DNA of 64,000 bases from an uncultured Candidatus Rokubacteria bacterium. GTDB lineage: Bacteria; Methylomirabilota; Methylomirabilia; Rokubacteriales; CSP1-6. Location of the stretch: positions 64,001 to 128,000 of the forward strand of contig CAWBMV010000015.1 in NCBI GenBank assembly GCA_963789955.1, given 5' to 3'. The first letter of the stretch is position 1. Each line of letters opens with the position of its first letter. The position numbers and the translations under genes are program-made. The notes beneath the pieces were generated by a model. The model made no database searches. It worked only from the letters and a program-made list of their open reading frames with translations, and was not told the DNA's origin. Below, in pieces: positions 60,771 through 64,000 of the stretch.

Positions 60771-62623
60771 CTAGACCTCCGCCGACGCCAGGAGGGCCAC
60801 CAGATCATCCCGGCTCACGACCTCCTTCTCGATCAGCCGCTTGGCCAGCGACGTGAGGACCTCTCGCTTCGCGGTGAGGGTCCCCCGGACTCGCTCGTGC
60901 GCGGCCTCGAACAGCCGTCGGATCTCGTCGTCGATGCGACGAGCCGTCTCTTCGCTGTACTCGCGCTGCGCCATCGACGGCACGTTGAGAAATAGCGCCT
61001 GGCGGGGCGGCTCGAATGTCGCCAGCCCCAGGGCTTCCGTCATCCCGTAGCGGGCGACCATGTGGCGCGCCAGGTCGGTGGCCCGCTGGAGATCGTCTTG
61101 CGCGCCGGTCGAGACGTCGCCGAAGATGAGCTCCTCCGCCACGCGACCGCCGAGCAAGACGTCGAGTCGATCCAGGAGCTCGGCGCGCGTCATGAGGTAC
61201 CGGTCCTCGGTCGGTTGCTGCTGCGTGTACCCGAGCGCGGCGACGCCGCGAGGGATCACGGAGATCTTCGCCACCCGGTCCGCGTGCTCGCGCGACTCCG
61301 CGACCAGCGCGTGGCCGGCTTCGTGGTAGGCGACGATCTCTTTTTCCTTCGGATTGATCACGCGCGATCGTCGCTCGAGCCCCCCCACCACGCGATCGAT
61401 GGCCTCGTCGAAGTCCGTCGCGTCCACCGCCTCCTTGCCCGTGCGGGCGGCGTGGAGCGCGGCCTCGTTGACGAGATTGGCGAGGTCGGCACCGACGAAG
61501 CCGGTCGTCCGTGCCGCCACCAGGGAGAGATCGAGGCCGGGGGCCAGCATGACGTCGCGGACGTGCACGTTGAGAATCTTCTCCCGCCCTTTGAGGTCGG
61601 GACGGTCGAGCACCACCTGCCGATCGAAGCGACCGGGCCGGAGCAGCGCGGGGTCCAGGATTTCCGGTCGGTTCGTCGCCGCCAGGATCATGACGCCCAA
61701 CTGCGTGTCGAAGCCGTCGAGCTCCGCGAGGAGCTGATTCAGGGTTTGCTCCCGCTCGTCGTGGCCGCCCACGATCGGGCTGACCCCTCGCGCTTTCCCC
61801 AACGCATCCAGCTCGTCGATGAAGATGATGCTCGGGGCCTTCGCCTGGGCCTGAGCAAAGAGGTCGCGGACGCGCGCGGCGCCCACGCCGACGAACATCT
61901 CGACGAAGTCGGAGCCGCTCAAGCTGAAGAACGGCACACCGGCCTCGCCCGCGACGGCCTTGGCCAGCAGTGTCTTGCCGGTGCCGGGCGCGCCGACGAT
62001 GAGCACGCCCTTGGGGATCTTGCCGCCGAGGCGCCGGTAGCGATCGGGGTTCTTGAGGAAGTCGACGACCTCCATCAGCTCGCCCCGCGCCTCGTCGATG
62101 CCCGCGACGTCGTCGAACGTGACGCCGGTCTTGTGCTCGACGTAGACCCGGGCCTTGCTCTTGCCGATCGTCATGAGCCCTTGCTGCGGGCCGAAGCGAC
62201 GCATGAGGAGGATCCAGACGCCGGCGAAATCACGGCCGGGAGGATCCAGGAGAGGAGGGTAGCGAGCCAGGTGTTTTCCACGTGCCCGGTGAACTTGACG
62301 TTCGCCTGCTCGAGCTCGGCCACCAGCCCCGGATCCTCGACGCGCGCCGCGACGAAGCGGCGCGTTTCACCACTCGATCGCTTCAGCTCCTCGACCTTCT
62401 CCTTCGGGAGCAGTGCCTCGATTCCATCGGTCGAGAGCGTGCCGCTGACGGTTTCTTTGTCCAGGGTGAGATTGCTGACCTTGCCCTTCTTCGCGAGGGC
62501 CTTGAACTCGCTGTACGAGACGTTCGTGGCCTGAGACCCGAAGAGCGGCAGCTGAAATGCGAGAATCGCCAGGAGGGTGATTCCGAGATACCCGATCGCG
62601 AACTTCCGCTGTTTGAGTTCCAT
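60771..62623 (-). CDS. ftsH: ATP-dependent zinc metalloprotease FtsH (frameshift near 62220)
   Basis: Two TM helices, [51 protein letters not shown]. Confidence 0.95.
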
Positions 62624-62639
62624 GATCGTGGGCTCTATG

Positions 62640-62903
62640 CCGCGTGCGCCGGCACGGCGTCAGGTATGGTGCTTGCACATTCTGCTTCACGATTCGGTGG
62701 AGCACCCACCCGCTTGCGTCTTGCCCCCCGATGAGGTCGGCCCGTTCGAACAGGCTCAGCCGGCCCTTTCTGGGCGGCGTGGGATACTCGGCGATCGCCG
62801 CGTTCAGGCCCAACAAGGCCGCCGCCGCCGGGAGCGGCGCCTCGATCGCGTAGCGCGCCCAGATCCCCCGTCGCTCGTTGTAGAACTCCATGCGCCACTT
62901 CAT
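62640..62903 (-). CDS. Small hypothetical protein; 3' end uncertain (ORF reads on into ftsH in another frame)
   Basis: GGAGG RBS then MKWRMEFYNERRGIWARYAIEAP..SLFERA..GWVLHRIV. Confidence 0.45.
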
Positions 62904-62936
62904 CTGGACCTCCGTCACGCGGTCGCGAGTCCGTTG

Positions 62937-63209
62937 TCAGCGGGAATCGCGTCTCGCCTGTCGCCGCTGCCCGCGGGCGCGGCTGTGGGCCTGGATGGCG
63001 CTCGCGCGGGTCTTGGTGAACTGCCGAGCGTTTCGCGTCTCGTTCGCCGCTGCGCTCGTGGCCTTCCGGCTCTGGCTCTTGCTCCCCTCGGCCTGCTGAC
63101 CGGCGGCGGCTTGCTCCGGCGACGTCTGTCGCTCGGAGGCCTTGTTACTCCTCTTCGGCGACGTGCTGCCGAAGTACTCGTCTTCCTGGTCTGTCGGTTT
63201 CGCGGCCAT
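62937..63209 (-). CDS. Small hydrophilic, probably disordered protein
   Basis: AGGAGG RBS; 90 aa rich in Ser/Gln/Arg/Ala, acidic N-terminus and basic C-terminus. Confidence 0.62.
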   Translation of the reverse strand: MAAKPTDQEDEYFGSTSPKRSNKASERQTSPEQAAAGQQAEGSKSQSRKATSAAANETRNARQFTKTRASAIQAHSRARGQRRQARRDSR

Positions 63210-63231
63210 TGGGGCACGCCTCCTGACGGAT

Positions 63232-63294
63232 CTGTATCACTAAAATAGTACACCAGATCAATTTCGACAATCTGTATTACATCAGTGGTACACT
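63232..63294. promoter_or_regulatory. Divergent promoter with two operator-like boxes (CTGTAT-N10-GTACAC) 40 bp apart
   Basis: Boxes at 63232-63253 and 63272-63293; leftward TTGTCG-17-TATTTT, rightward extended -10 TGGTACACT. Confidence 0.75.
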
Positions 63295-63362
63295 CGGTTC
63301 GCTGGACAATTTCACCAGCCACGCTCATCACCCACCCGGACGAAGAGGGAGGCACCCGCACC

Positions 63363-63468
63363 ATGACTCAGGCAACCACGACGAAGCTGCGGCCGGTTCC
63401 GAACCGCGCTCCGGCCAGCTCGATGGCTCAGGCACCGACGACGAAACTGCGCCCGCTCCACGACCGCG
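63363..63468 (+). repeat. Degenerate tandem duplication with 60-nt period at the groES 5' end
   Basis: atgactcaggcaaccacgacgaagctgcggccg (63363) vs atggctcaggcaccgacgacgaaactgcgcccg (63423). Confidence 0.8.
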
Positions 63469-63731
63469 TGCTGGTCAGGCGCCTCGAGGAGCAGGACGAA
63501 AAGCACGGCAGCATCATCATTCCCGACACCGCGAAGGAGAAGCCGCAAGAGGGCAAAGTGGTTGCGGTCGGGACCGGCAGAGTGACCGAGGACGGCAAGA
63601 AGCTGCCCCTGGCCCTGAAGGAGGGCGATCGGATCCTCTTCGGCAAGTACTCCGGCAGCGAGGTCAAGCTCGACGGTCAGGAGTATCTGATCATGAAGGA
63701 GGAGGACGTCCTGGGCGTCGTCGGCTCGTGA
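63363..63731 (+). CDS. groES: Co-chaperonin GroES with a duplicated 20-aa N-terminus
   Basis: [67 protein letters not shown]. Confidence 0.95.
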   Translation: MTQATTTKLRPVPNRAPASSMAQAPTTKLRPLHDRVLVRRLEEQDEKHGSIIIPDTAKEKPQEGKVVAVGTGRVTEDGKKLPLALKEGDRILFGKYSGSEVKLDGQEYLIMKEEDVLGVVGS

Positions 63732-63788
63732 ACGGGCGGCTGTCCGCCGCCGTCAACCATTCGCGCACACTCGAGAGGAAGGGTCGTC

Positions 63789-64000
63789 ATGCCTAAGCAA
63801 CTGCTGTTCAGCGAAGAAGGTCGCGCCGCGCTCCTGCGCGGTATCAACACGACGGCGCACGCCGTCAAGGTGACGCTCGGTCCAAAGGGACGGAACGTCG
63901 TCATCGGCAAAAAGTTCGGCAGCCCCACCCTGACCAAGGACGGCGTCACTGTCGCCAAGGAGATCGAGCTCAAGGACCCCTACGAAAACATGGGGGCGCA
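63789..64000 (+). CDS. groEL: Chaperonin GroEL, 5' fragment
   Basis: [63 protein letters not shown]; runs off the right edge. Confidence 0.96.
   Translation, partial: MPKQLLFSEEGRAALLRGINTTAHAVKVTLGPKGRNVVIGKKFGSPTLTKDGVTVAKEIELKDPYENMGA

Noticed and set aside
62662..62677. Sigma54-like AGGTATGGTGCTTGCA on the + strand
   Set aside because: Weak -24 element, points away from ftsH, and no plausible + strand gene directly downstream
63287..63313. Possible CIRCE upstream of groES (GGTACACTC-N9-GACAATTTC)
   Set aside because: Only CACTC and GA resemble TTAGCACTC-N9-GAGTGCTAA and the arms are not complementary; better explained by the TGTA-N12-TACA box
1..64000. CRISPR arrays, IS/transposases, integrases, rRNA/tRNA, reverse transcriptases
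   Set aside because: No regularly spaced repeats or diagnostic motifs recognised by eye; a dedicated scan was not possible

Overview
High-GC bacterial chromosomal window with patchy single-base indels, which look like long-read consensus errors, so several genes are split across frames. The gene repertoire is reminiscent of soil/subsurface Candidatus Rokubacteria (inference only). Left to right: (1) end of a Dpp/Opp ABC operon with a GH39 glycosidase, a CoA-transferase III and a sigma54-driven lipoprotein. (2) A minus-strand operon DUF1080-iorA-iorB-cytochrome c-fccB-soxX-soxY-like (AACLE arm instead of GGCGG)-soxZ-soxA-capA-like, with no soxB/soxCD in the window. (3) A CoA-dependent catabolic region (CaiB/BaiF transferases, fused ScoAB, CMD proteins, HpaI aldolase, Ldh_2, 6-oxocamphor-hydrolase-like crotonase, thiolase + DUF35, PQQ dehydrogenase) plus mltA. 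(4) A putative sulfonium/betaine catabolic cluster (DddP-like M24, DMSP-lyase-like cupin, BHMT-like methyltransferase, ABC transporter, OoxAB/sarcosine-oxidase-like flavoproteins, StcD/DgcA-like OYE). (5) sixA-ppx-ppk1. (6) A stress/chaperone island (hsp20, DUF1059, two GlsB/YeaQ proteins, small ORFs, a long YtrA/PlmA-like GntR, ftsH, groES, start of groEL). The most striking non-coding signal is a CTGTAT-N10-GTACAC operator-like box. It overlaps the gntR promoter and occurs twice in the divergent ftsH/groESL promoter, with no CIRCE present, suggesting a GntR-controlled chaperone/protease regulon. No tRNA, rRNA, CRISPR array or intact mobile element was recognised.
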